36,976 nt of DNA, taken from positions 1 to 36,976 of the forward strand of contig CAYYVH010000002.1 of NCBI GenBank assembly GCA_964475075.1. The letters run 5' to 3'. Under the pieces are notes generated by a model. That model was not told the DNA's origin. It saw nothing but the letters and a program-made list of their open reading frames with translations, and searched no databases. The DNA comes from an uncultured Anaerolineales bacterium. Lineage in GTDB: Bacteria; Chloroflexota; Anaerolineae; Epilineales; Epilineaceae. The translations under genes were made by a program, and so were the position numbers. Below, in pieces: positions 25,336-32,553 of the stretch; the first letter of the stretch is position 1, and every line of letters begins with the position of its first letter.

Positions 25336-25664
25336 AGCTCCGCCTCATCTGGATCTAGCTCCTCCATCACGCGACCCCAGCGGCCATCGAGCCTGTATTC
25401 GTAGGGCACACGGCAGAGACTCTCTGTCTCGGGGTTACGGCGCCGCTTTCGCCTGAGCACCCCCATCCTGTGGAGGCGAGCGAGGTCCTGGTAGAGCACG
25501 GCGGGAGAGACCCCGATCCTATGACGCAGGAGCGCTGACGCGACCTCCTCCCGTGTCAGACTGCGGGGCGCCCACGCGAGGACGTAGACGATTTTGAGCA
25601 GCCTCTCTGCGGCCTCGTAGTACCGGTATCTATCTCTGGTTCGAGATTGAGCTGGTGCTGTCAT
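25332..25664 (-). CDS. Winged-helix DNA-binding protein
   Basis: 110 aa from ATG 25664, with an ATGA overlap and a GGGAGG Shine-Dalgarno. The wHTH-like segment is SLTREEVASALLRHRIGVSPAVLYQDLARLHRMGVLRRK. Confidence 0.55.
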   Translation of the reverse strand: MTAPAQSRTRDRYRYYEAAERLLKIVYVLAWAPRSLTREEVASALLRHRIGVSPAVLYQDLARLHRMGVLRRKRRRNPETESLCRVPYEYRLDGRWGRVMEELDPDEAEL

Positions 25665-26266
25665 CCTCCCACCCCTCCCCACTGTCGCGGTGCCTTCGAC
25701 CGGACCGGCTGTGTCCACTCGACCCCACCAGGGACGGAGACGGGGAACGGGTAGCGAGCGCCGCCGCCCCTGGGCGTGGCCCAGAGCATCCCGTGTGTCC
25801 GAGCGTAAAAAAACAGGTCGCGGGTCAGGAGTACGTCGTCCATGCAATAGGTACACAGCTCACCCCACCGACCCTGTCGGTAGTATTCGAGCGCCCCTAG
25901 CCCGTGGCCTGATTTCCCGCGCCCCAACGTGGCGCGCGCGACGTTCTCCAGCGAGAGCCGGTACCTGAGCGTGGTGACGATCGCGTCCATCAGGTCGCAG
26001 TGATCCACAAGTGGGAGGGCTGATGCGAGATGCCTGATCACTGGTAGGTCGTAGCGATTGCCGTTGAATGTCACCCACAGATCGGCGGCCCTCAGCGTCT
26101 GCACCAGGCGCTCGATGTCCTCCTGGTCACCCTGGAAAAATCGGAACCTGCCCCAACGCCCAGCGCTCCAGCTGTCCCACGTGCAGCAGACGGACATCCC
26201 CGCCTCATGGGGGCGGTCGAAGTCGACCCGCTCTTTGGCCTCGATGTCGAGCACAAGGACCTTCAT
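25661..26266 (-). CDS. DEDD-type 3'-5' exonuclease (RNase H-like fold, PolB-exonuclease-like)
   Basis: 201 aa. Exo I is VLDIE, Exo II is FNGNRYDLPV and Exo III is YCMDDV. Confidence 0.7.
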   Translation of the reverse strand: MKVLVLDIEAKERVDFDRPHEAGMSVCCTWDSWSAGRWGRFRFFQGDQEDIERLVQTLRAADLWVTFNGNRYDLPVIRHLASALPLVDHCDLMDAIVTTLRYRLSLENVARATLGRGKSGHGLGALEYYRQGRWGELCTYCMDDVLLTRDLFFYARTHGMLWATPRGGGARYPFPVSVPGGVEWTQPVRSKAPRQWGGVGG

Positions 26267-26796
26267 CGCTCAATCCTCCCTGCCCATCGCCGACAGAGTT
26301 CGGCGAGTGTTTGAATTTGCCAGCGTCGCTCGGTGTCCCATGCAGAGGCCCTGACGGTGTACCCAATCACGGCCCAGGCGATAGACTCGACAATCCAAGG
26401 GTCGGCCGAGAGAGGAGCCTCATCGGGGGCTACCTCCTCCCCTCGCACCCATGCGAGTCGGGCCTCCAGGGCCTCCCACCGAGCCTCCTCGATCGCCCCG
26501 CTCGATCTCTCGTCTCTCGCCAGAGACCGGAGAGCACAGGCGAGCGCGAACCGACACAGCGCCTCCTCGGGGACGCCTCGCAGTAGGTTATTCCCCCAAT
26601 CCGCCGCGTCCTCCACCGCCTCAATCCACACCGAGAGGCGCACCACAGCAGCCCTCCATTCCAGACTGTCTCCGTACCAGTCGCGCAGGTGGACGCGGGC
26701 ATAGTCGCGCTCCCACGGCTCGCCCTCGTGGAGCGCGTAGGCGCGTAGGGCCTCAGCGGGTCGGGCTGTGCGGGTCGTTGTGATCAGGCTACTCAT
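26263..26796 (-). CDS. Hypothetical protein (W/E/R/A-rich, helical)
   Basis: 177 aa, with ATGA overlaps at both ends. Confidence 0.55.
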   Translation of the reverse strand: MSSLITTTRTARPAEALRAYALHEGEPWERDYARVHLRDWYGDSLEWRAAVVRLSVWIEAVEDAADWGNNLLRGVPEEALCRFALACALRSLARDERSSGAIEEARWEALEARLAWVRGEEVAPDEAPLSADPWIVESIAWAVIGYTVRASAWDTERRWQIQTLAELCRRWAGRIER

Positions 26797-27011
26797 GACG
26801 CCATCCCCCGACGCATTGCAAATCTTCGCGCCGCGTTCGTGACGACGTATCTGGATCCGTCCTCAAACTCCACAAGCGCGTTGCGTGGCCCTGGGCTAGA
26901 TGAGGAACAGATAACTTTACATCGCTGGCCCTTTCGACTCGACGAGCGATCCTTGAGATCCCACGAGGCACGGGGGAATTTGTGCCACTGCCAAACGCGA
27001 TCATAGATCAT
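26793..27011 (-). CDS. Small hypothetical protein
   Basis: 72 aa, with ATGA overlaps at both ends. Confidence 0.5.
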   Translation of the reverse strand: MIYDRVWQWHKFPRASWDLKDRSSSRKGQRCKVICSSSSPGPRNALVEFEDGSRYVVTNAARRFAMRRGMAS

Positions 27012-27211
27012 GACGCCTCCTCAACGATCTCCAAGTGCCGCGCTGGCACGATCTCGGCGCCCCCGTCCTCGTATCGGACGAGGTAGCTGTGGTGTGTCTC
27101 TGCGGTCTTTTTCGTCCGCCCGATCTTGGAGGTCAGGACGTTCTCGATCACACCACGACGGGGGACGAGTCGGACGGGGGTTCCCTCAGCGATGGGGGTT
27201 GCGTCGCTCAT
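27008..27211 (-). CDS. Small hypothetical protein
   Basis: 67 aa, with ATGA overlaps at both ends. Confidence 0.5.
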   Translation of the reverse strand: MSDATPIAEGTPVRLVPRRGVIENVLTSKIGRTKKTAETHHSYLVRYEDGGAEIVPARHLEIVEEAS

Positions 27212-27765
27212 AACACCTCCAAGATCGTACCGAGCCGTCTGAACACCTCACGGAAACGCTCACGCTCCGGCCCGAAATAAAACACCGCCTGCCCCTGTCG
27301 TGGAGTCCCGCCCTCGTCGCGGGGCCCCCAGAATCGGAGGCGCCCACAGAGGAGACAGAGAGAGGAGCAGTCAGCGAGGAGGTCTCTAAACCAGCGCGTC
27401 TCGGTGGAGTTATTCACGAGCACCACGGCCTGCTTGGTGCGACCACTCGCCCACTCCTCTAGTAGTTTCTCGACGAAGAACGGTAGCAGATCCGAGCTGT
27501 AGGGAGGATTGAGAAACACTCTCCCACGCCACTCCTGGAGCAGCCCGTTGTCTTTCTGGGTGAAGAACCAGTTGGCCTCAACCACGCTGTTGGCGCGCGC
27601 GCAGCTCGCCGGGTCGAGATCAATCTGACCCATCGCCGTACGAGCTGCCACGATGATCGGCTCGGGGGTGTACCAGTCGTTGGAGTCGGCGCTGGAGGCC
27701 TGGATCGTCAGGCCTGGGATGGTGAGCTGGATCGTCAGGCCTGGGATGGTGAGCTGGGTGGTCAT
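27208..27765 (-). CDS. DNA N6-adenine methyltransferase, phage Dam family
   Basis: 185 aa from ATG 27765 (ATGA overlap). It carries the motifs DWYTP, DLDPAS and FLNPPY (the NPPY catalytic motif). The N-terminus contains a duplicated LTIPGLTIQ nonapeptide. Confidence 0.8.
   Translation of the reverse strand: MTTQLTIPGLTIQLTIPGLTIQASSADSNDWYTPEPIIVAARTAMGQIDLDPASCARANSVVEANWFFTQKDNGLLQEWRGRVFLNPPYSSDLLPFFVEKLLEEWASGRTKQAVVLVNNSTETRWFRDLLADCSSLCLLCGRLRFWGPRDEGGTPRQGQAVFYFGPERERFREVFRRLGTILEVL
27700..27753. repeat. Perfect 27-bp tandem duplication inside the methyltransferase 5' end
   Basis: ctggatcgtcaggcctgggatggtgag occurs at 27700-27726 and again at 27727-27753. It is in frame and encodes LTIPGLTIQ twice. 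Confidence 0.95.
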
Positions 27766-28112
27766 GATCCAACTCCCCGGAGCGCGTCCAGCAACTCCTC
27801 CCGATTCACCCACGCGGGGTGCTGCTCGTCTGGGACCTCGCGGTGGAGGCCGCGCTCATCGCAGCGTTTTCTGTAGAACTCTAGATCCCCGACTTCGTCA
27901 CCGAGAGCCCATCCCGCCTCGCCGAGTTCCTCCACGTAGGGCATTCGCCTCATCACAAAGTCCGCGGTGCGGATTGCGCCGATGGGCTTGCCGTACCACT
28001 CGCAGTGATCGCACCAGGCGCCGTATGCCTCGCGGAGCAGCTGCCAGCGGTCTCGGGCGTCGAGCCGGACGCGGTTGGGTGGGAGCTTGGGGTTGGAGTC
28101 TGGTGCGCTCAT
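27762..28112 (-). CDS. Hypothetical protein
   Basis: 116 aa, with 4-nt overlaps at both ends. Confidence 0.55.
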   Translation of the reverse strand: MSAPDSNPKLPPNRVRLDARDRWQLLREAYGAWCDHCEWYGKPIGAIRTADFVMRRMPYVEELGEAGWALGDEVGDLEFYRKRCDERGLHREVPDEQHPAWVNREELLDALRGVGS

Positions 28113-28657
28113 GATGCCTCCCGCTGCGCCAGAAGCGTGCCAGCTTTCAGATCGGGCCCCACGTCACTCAGCAGCCATTGCGCTGGTTGAGGCCAGTCTT
28201 TGGGGCGAATTTCGTCCGATTCGATCTGTCGGAGGGTGTCCACAGAGAGCCAGAGCAGGTCAGCGAGTTGGGAGAGCAGAAGGCCCTCTGCCATCCTCCA
28301 GCGTCGGATCTGCTCGCCTGGTGTCAGGTCAGCCCAAGCGATGTGTCCACAGAGATGAGAGGTGTCGGGATAAACAACGTCTAACCTCTGTTCAACCTTC
28401 TGGGGGGTTGAACAGGTAGGTTGAACGCCCTCTCCCCCTTGGTATTCCTTACTTTGTTCAACCGTACAACCTTGATCAACCTGTATCTCCGCGCCCCTGC
28501 GCGCGCGGGGGCCCGTGTGAGGATTTGGGTTGTCGAGGTTGAACGGTTGAACAAAGCCGCTTGTACCAACGCCCTGAGGGCGTTCAACCTCTGTTTTTGA
28601 GGTTGAACACAGGTTGAACGGTTGAACAGAGCCGCTTGTGCCAACGGTGTCAGACAT
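28109..28657 (-). CDS. Protein with a C-terminal XRE-type HTH and an N-terminal half encoded by the iteron array
   Basis: 182 aa from ATG 28657, with GAGGG 6 nt upstream (the track start is 28663). The C-terminal HTH is LTPGEQIRRWRMAEGLLLSQLADLLWLSVDTLRQIESDEIRP. The first ~90 codons use codons atypical for this genome (GTT, CAA, TTA, AGT) because they are made of GGTTGAAC repeats. No alternative start lies between the repeats and the HTH. Confidence 0.5.
   Translation of the reverse strand: MSDTVGTSGSVQPFNLCSTSKTEVERPQGVGTSGFVQPFNLDNPNPHTGPRARRGAEIQVDQGCTVEQSKEYQGGEGVQPTCSTPQKVEQRLDVVYPDTSHLCGHIAWADLTPGEQIRRWRMAEGLLLSQLADLLWLSVDTLRQIESDEIRPKDWPQPAQWLLSDVGPDLKAGTLLAQREAS
28390..28646. repeat. 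Iteron array, candidate replication origin
   Basis: Ten perfect copies of the 8-mer are present. GGTTGAAC starts at 28406, 28419, 28537, 28545, 28601, 28612 and 28620. GTTCAACC starts at 28390, 28456 and 28582. Variant copies GTACAACC (28464) and GATCAACC (28474) also occur. A 34-nt repeat lies at 28537-28570 and 28612-28645 with 2 mismatches. The array also contains hairpins at 28568-28584 and 28493-28512 and a relatively AT-rich patch at about 28436-28460. Confidence 0.7.
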
Positions 28658-30863
28658 TTTCATCCCTCACGGTGTAGTAGGTTGAGAGGCGGCCCTTGGC
28701 GGCGTAACCTCGGCGATCTCTGTGTCGAATCCAGCCGATACGCTGCATCATCATCCCGACGCGGGTCTGCGCCCTGCGATCCTGTTTCTCCACAGAGAGG
28801 CCGATCGCGTCGCTGAGGATCTGGGCTGGCGTCACCTCGGCTTTCCCGAGGAGCCAGTTTTGGATCAGCTCCTCCCACGGGTCGTCCACCTGGCGCGCCT
28901 CCTGCTCCTCTCGGAGCAGCGCGCGCTGTTCGTTGTCTGTGGGCCACCAGCCGACTTTTTTTTTGAACAGGTCTACCGCCTCGGCCCAGAGCTGGTCTCT
29001 GTCCTCGATCAGCCTCTGCTGATCGATGGCGGTACAGAGGACGGGCCAGTAGCGCCGCCCCCCGCTGGCGTCTCGGATATAGTCAGAGTGATTCACCGTC
29101 CCCGCGAACACGCAGGTCCGTGGGACCTCTGCCATGGTGCGAGCGTAGGGAGCCCGATACCGATCCACGGAGGACGAAAAGAACGCCTTGCTCGCGCTGG
29201 ATTCTGTTCTCATCAGCGAGTCCAGCTCTGCGAGTTCCACGATCCACTTGCCTCTAATGTGCAGATATGCGTCTTTGTCGCCGATGCTCACCTGGGTATC
29301 GGCGTATCCCTCTCCTCCTAAGATGGCCAGACATCGGCTCTTGCCGAGCCCCTCGGCCCCCTCTAAGACGAGAACATGATCGGCCTTGCAGCCAGGGCTG
29401 TAGGCTCGCGCCACGGCGCTGATCATCCACCAGCGGCCCACCAGGGAGAGATACCTATCGGACTGCTGTCCGAAGGGCTGGGCGCCCAAGTAGGACCGCA
29501 GCCACGTCGCCAAGCGCTCCGTCCCGTCCCAAGACAAGCCGTTGAGGTAGTCCTGGAGTGGGTGCCGCTGGTGATGTTTGGCCGCAACCAGCACAGCCCC
29601 CGCGATGGGCTCGGTGTTTAGGCTCAGCGCCCACCGCTCTGCGAGCCAGTAGGAGATCCGCAGGTAGTCGTCATCCTGGAGGCCACACGGGTAGTCTCGA
29701 TCTGTCCCCCCATAATCCTGTGGAAACGGCGGGGCCTTCGTGAACACGGGCATCTGCGCTGCGGCGTCGTAGGCCAGGACTCCACCCCACCGGCGATCGT
29801 GGCTCAGGATGCGAGCGGCGTTCAGTCCCTCGCGTCGGAGGCCGATCCGCTCGCCGTCTTTGTCATGCTTCCACAGGAGAGCGTCGCGCCAGTCGGAGGC
29901 GCCCCCGTCTTCGGGAGGTGGAGACATGGGATCGTCGGGCGGTGGGGGCTGTGCACCATTGCTGCGCCGCCCCTCGAACACCTCGCCACAGTCTGTGATC
30001 GCTCGGTCGATCGTCCGATCGCCGTAGGTCCGGCCACCGCCAGCGTTGCGATCCCATTTTGGGCGCATCAGGGCACTCGACCGAAACGCCCGATCCATCC
30101 GGCTGGCGTCGCGGTTGAACCAGAACGCCAGTGAATTGCAGAGCGCCAGGTCCGCGCTGCTGTGGTCGCCGCCGTGTGCGCCCAGGTCTCCACGATCGTA
30201 AAGCGCGACGAAATCAGATCCGTTGCGCGAGCGTCGGGCGATGTCGAGCAGCTCGCGATCGTCGAGGTCGATCGGCTGGCTGGGTGGCAGTGGAGCAGCT
30301 GCTCGCGGCTTCTCTCTGGGGAGAAAATATTTCTCGTGTAACCAGTCGAGCGCGGCCTGGCCCTCGCCGATCTGACCAGGCAGATCGGCCATCACGTCAC
30401 CCGTGATCGTCAGATAGCGCGGCGAGCTGTGGTCATACAGCTCCACCCACTTCTCGTCGGTCCCCTTCCCGCAGCGATGGGGAGTGCCGAGCGTGATCAG
30501 CCGCAGGCCCTCACCGCTGGGGCTGCGCTCGATGTAGGCGCAGTCAGCGAAGTGCTTCAGGATCTCGGCCGCCGCCTCGTTTGGGCCGCCGTATCCGGTG
30601 CAGTGATCCAGGTCCACGCCCGTCAAGCCGTCCCCTTTACAGAAGACGAAGCCGAGGCCGTCATAATCGCCACGCTGGTAGGTGTCGAGCGCGCGCTCGA
30701 ACGATGCCCAGGTGCTGGGGTCGTTCGATTTCCCCATGCCGCCGTGGGCGCTGTACGGGACCTTGGTGGGCTTGCCACCCTTTCGGGTCTCCCGCCGCCA
30801 CAGCACCCACTGCTCCAGGGCTTTCAGCTGCCCCGGTATGCTCTGTGGGTATAGGCTGCTCAT
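28650..30863 (-). CDS. Primase-polymerase (AEP family) fused to a VirE-type P-loop NTPase: replicative primase/helicase-like protein
   Basis: 737 aa. N-terminal AEP motifs are GVDLDHC (DxD) and ERSPSGEGLRL. The C-terminal Walker A is GAEGLGKS, with VirE-like flanks (WMISAVARA..., VELAELD, RAPYAR..., RRYWPV). Confidence 0.8.
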   Translation of the reverse strand: MSSLYPQSIPGQLKALEQWVLWRRETRKGGKPTKVPYSAHGGMGKSNDPSTWASFERALDTYQRGDYDGLGFVFCKGDGLTGVDLDHCTGYGGPNEAAAEILKHFADCAYIERSPSGEGLRLITLGTPHRCGKGTDEKWVELYDHSSPRYLTITGDVMADLPGQIGEGQAALDWLHEKYFLPREKPRAAAPLPPSQPIDLDDRELLDIARRSRNGSDFVALYDRGDLGAHGGDHSSADLALCNSLAFWFNRDASRMDRAFRSSALMRPKWDRNAGGGRTYGDRTIDRAITDCGEVFEGRRSNGAQPPPPDDPMSPPPEDGGASDWRDALLWKHDKDGERIGLRREGLNAARILSHDRRWGGVLAYDAAAQMPVFTKAPPFPQDYGGTDRDYPCGLQDDDYLRISYWLAERWALSLNTEPIAGAVLVAAKHHQRHPLQDYLNGLSWDGTERLATWLRSYLGAQPFGQQSDRYLSLVGRWWMISAVARAYSPGCKADHVLVLEGAEGLGKSRCLAILGGEGYADTQVSIGDKDAYLHIRGKWIVELAELDSLMRTESSASKAFFSSSVDRYRAPYARTMAEVPRTCVFAGTVNHSDYIRDASGGRRYWPVLCTAIDQQRLIEDRDQLWAEAVDLFKKKVGWWPTDNEQRALLREEQEARQVDDPWEELIQNWLLGKAEVTPAQILSDAIGLSVEKQDRRAQTRVGMMMQRIGWIRHRDRRGYAAKGRLSTYYTVRDENV

Positions 30864-31798
30864 GCCGCCACCTCAGCCAACTGTGCGCCACAGATCCGCC
30901 ACCAGAAGATCCGGCGCCAGGTCGTGCTCGCGACGGCCCGCGCGTCCTCTGCGACGGCCTCCACGGAGGAGTCGGCGATACAGGCCTGCGTGTAATCGAT
31001 CCACTGCTGGTCCTCCTCAGTGAGGCCAGCAGTCAGCTCGTCGGAGATTTCGTCGAGTTCGGGAGCGAGCAGGGCTGTACTGCTCTCCTCACCGCGACCT
31101 CGGACCACCTCTTTCATCTCGTCGTTGGAGACGCCTGCCTCGCGCATGACAGCGCGGAGCCGACGGTTGGATCGCTGCCAGCCCTCACCTGGGTGGCACT
31201 CGACATCTGGGTCGAGGGGGACCAGCTCCGGCTGGAGCACTGGGTCGGCACCCCGAGGCATGGGATCAGGCTGGCGAGGCTGTGGCGCGTCTGCGAGTTC
31301 CTCCGGCAGATAGCAGCCAGCGAGGACCTCCGGGGCGTACCAGCGAGCGGCGTTACTTACGGCGCGAGCATAGAGCATGTTGCGCGTGTACTTCTGCCAG
31401 TTCGCCCCCGACAGACCGGCCTGCTTGGCGTCCTCTGTGGAGAATGATGAGTCTCCCACCTCCTCACCGTGGGGGTCACGTACCAGGATCGTGCAGCACA
31501 GCGGATCCTTCCCCCACACGACGCGGAGACGATAGCCAGCGCGCTTGAGGAGCGCCGCCATGAGACCCGCAGACAGGGTGATCCGGCCCTTGATGACGTT
31601 GATTTGGGTCATCGCCTGCACTGGGGGGAGCCCCAACTCTGCGCCGGCTTGGATCTTAATGATCGCCTGACTCGCATCCCGTGCGTCGGCGAAAAAACCA
31701 GATGCACAACAGGCGCGACCGAGCTGCTCCAGGTCCCCCATGTTGCGGGGGATCACACCGAGTTGTTGCTCTCGTCTCACTGGTAGGTTGCTGCTCAT
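30860..31798 (-). CDS. recT: RecT-family single-strand annealing protein
   Basis: 312 aa. The N-terminal core AIIKIQAGAELGLPPVQAMTQINVIKGRITLSAGLMAALLKRAG is typical of RecT/Bet-like proteins. The C-terminal region is acidic. Confidence 0.7.
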   Translation of the reverse strand: MSSNLPVRREQQLGVIPRNMGDLEQLGRACCASGFFADARDASQAIIKIQAGAELGLPPVQAMTQINVIKGRITLSAGLMAALLKRAGYRLRVVWGKDPLCCTILVRDPHGEEVGDSSFSTEDAKQAGLSGANWQKYTRNMLYARAVSNAARWYAPEVLAGCYLPEELADAPQPRQPDPMPRGADPVLQPELVPLDPDVECHPGEGWQRSNRRLRAVMREAGVSNDEMKEVVRGRGEESSTALLAPELDEISDELTAGLTEEDQQWIDYTQACIADSSVEAVAEDARAVASTTWRRIFWWRICGAQLAEVAA

Positions 31799-31957
31799 CT
31801 CTATCTCCCGTAAGAATGAACGATCCGTGTTGTTGACGTCAGCCGGGAGCCCCTATTGAGGGGTGGATCGTCCAGATGTTGCGGCCTCTCCCGTGGGCCG
31901 TGGGCCTCAATGGCCCGATATAGCGGGGGCAGGTCTCGCTCCTGCCTGGACCCAGCC

Positions 31958-32200
31958 TCAGCCGGTCTCCCGCGTGAGCAGCTCGTCAGCGATGGTCACG
32001 TCGCCCCCGTCCTCATGGTGAAGCAGCGCGCGCTCCAACTCCTGCGAATTACGGCGCCAGAAGTCGGCGCGCTCGGCCTCTGCAAGCGCATCCTTCAGCG
32101 CGAGGACTTCGGAGGCGGACAGGGTGAGCTGCCCCGTGAGCGATGGGCTCTGGCGGCTGAAGATCTGCCATGCGCGGGCGATGGTTTCGTTGGGGCTCAC
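31958..32200 (-). CDS. Small hypothetical early protein
   Basis: 80 aa from GTG 32200, which overlaps the upstream TGA. A GGAGGAGG Shine-Dalgarno is present. Confidence 0.5.
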   Translation of the reverse strand: MSPNETIARAWQIFSRQSPSLTGQLTLSASEVLALKDALAEAERADFWRRNSQELERALLHHEDGGDVTIADELLTRETG

Positions 32201-32409
32201 GCCGCCTCCTCCTCTGCTTCTAATATGTACAGATCTTTAAAAGACACGGCCCCGCCTGTCGCCTCGACGATCCGGATCGCCAGCGGCCCACTCGGGCGCT
32301 TCCGCCCTGTGACGACGTGGCTGATCATCCCCTGAGAGACGCCGCAGACGCGGGCGAGATTGGTCTGCGTGATCTCGCGGTTTTTTTTAAGAAATTCTCT
32401 CAATGTCAT
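32197..32409 (-). CDS. Cro / YdaS-like HTH transcriptional regulator
   Basis: 70 aa. TQTNLARVCGVSQGMISHVVTGRKRPSGPLAIRIVEATGGAVSFKDL matches the Cro/YdaS pattern. It is the first gene of the leftward unit, next to the divergent promoters. GGAGG lies 6 nt before the ATG. Confidence 0.75.
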   Translation of the reverse strand: MTLREFLKKNREITQTNLARVCGVSQGMISHVVTGRKRPSGPLAIRIVEATGGAVSFKDLYILEAEEEAA

Positions 32410-32426
32410 AGCCTACCTCCAGGGCA

Positions 32427-32455
32427 ACAATACCAACGGCATTCACGAGAGTCAA
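32427..32455 (-). promoter_or_regulatory. Leftward sigma70-type promoter (TTGACT-N17-TATTGT)
   Basis: On the minus strand the -35 TTGACT is at 32455-32450, followed by a 17-nt spacer and the -10 TATTGT at 32432-27. It lies about 20 nt upstream of the Cro-like ATG, in the only AT-rich patch of this region. Confidence 0.65.
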
Positions 32456-32487
32456 GAGTTTTTATTTGCCGAGAGTCATAAAATATA

Positions 32488-32516
32488 TTGACTCCTCTCG
32501 CTACCGTTGGTATTGT
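32488..32516 (+). promoter_or_regulatory. Rightward sigma70-type promoter (TTGACT-N17-TATTGT)
   Basis: The -35 TTGACT is at 32488-32493, followed by a 17-nt spacer and the -10 TATTGT at 32511-32516. An AAGGAG Shine-Dalgarno and ATG 32554 follow. Confidence 0.65.
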
Positions 32517-32553
32517 TGGATCATGATCACGTCACCAAAAAAGGAGAACCCCC

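Noticed and set aside
28365-28380. DnaA box next to the iterons (TTATCCCGA on the minus strand)
   Set aside because: It matches the TTATCCACA consensus at only 7 of 9 positions and occurs once. That is too weak to call.
28390-28646. CRISPR array
   Set aside because: The repeats are only 8 nt (at most 34 nt for the composite unit). They occur in both orientations with irregular, very short spacing and lie inside an ORF. The pattern fits iterons, not CRISPR repeats and spacers.
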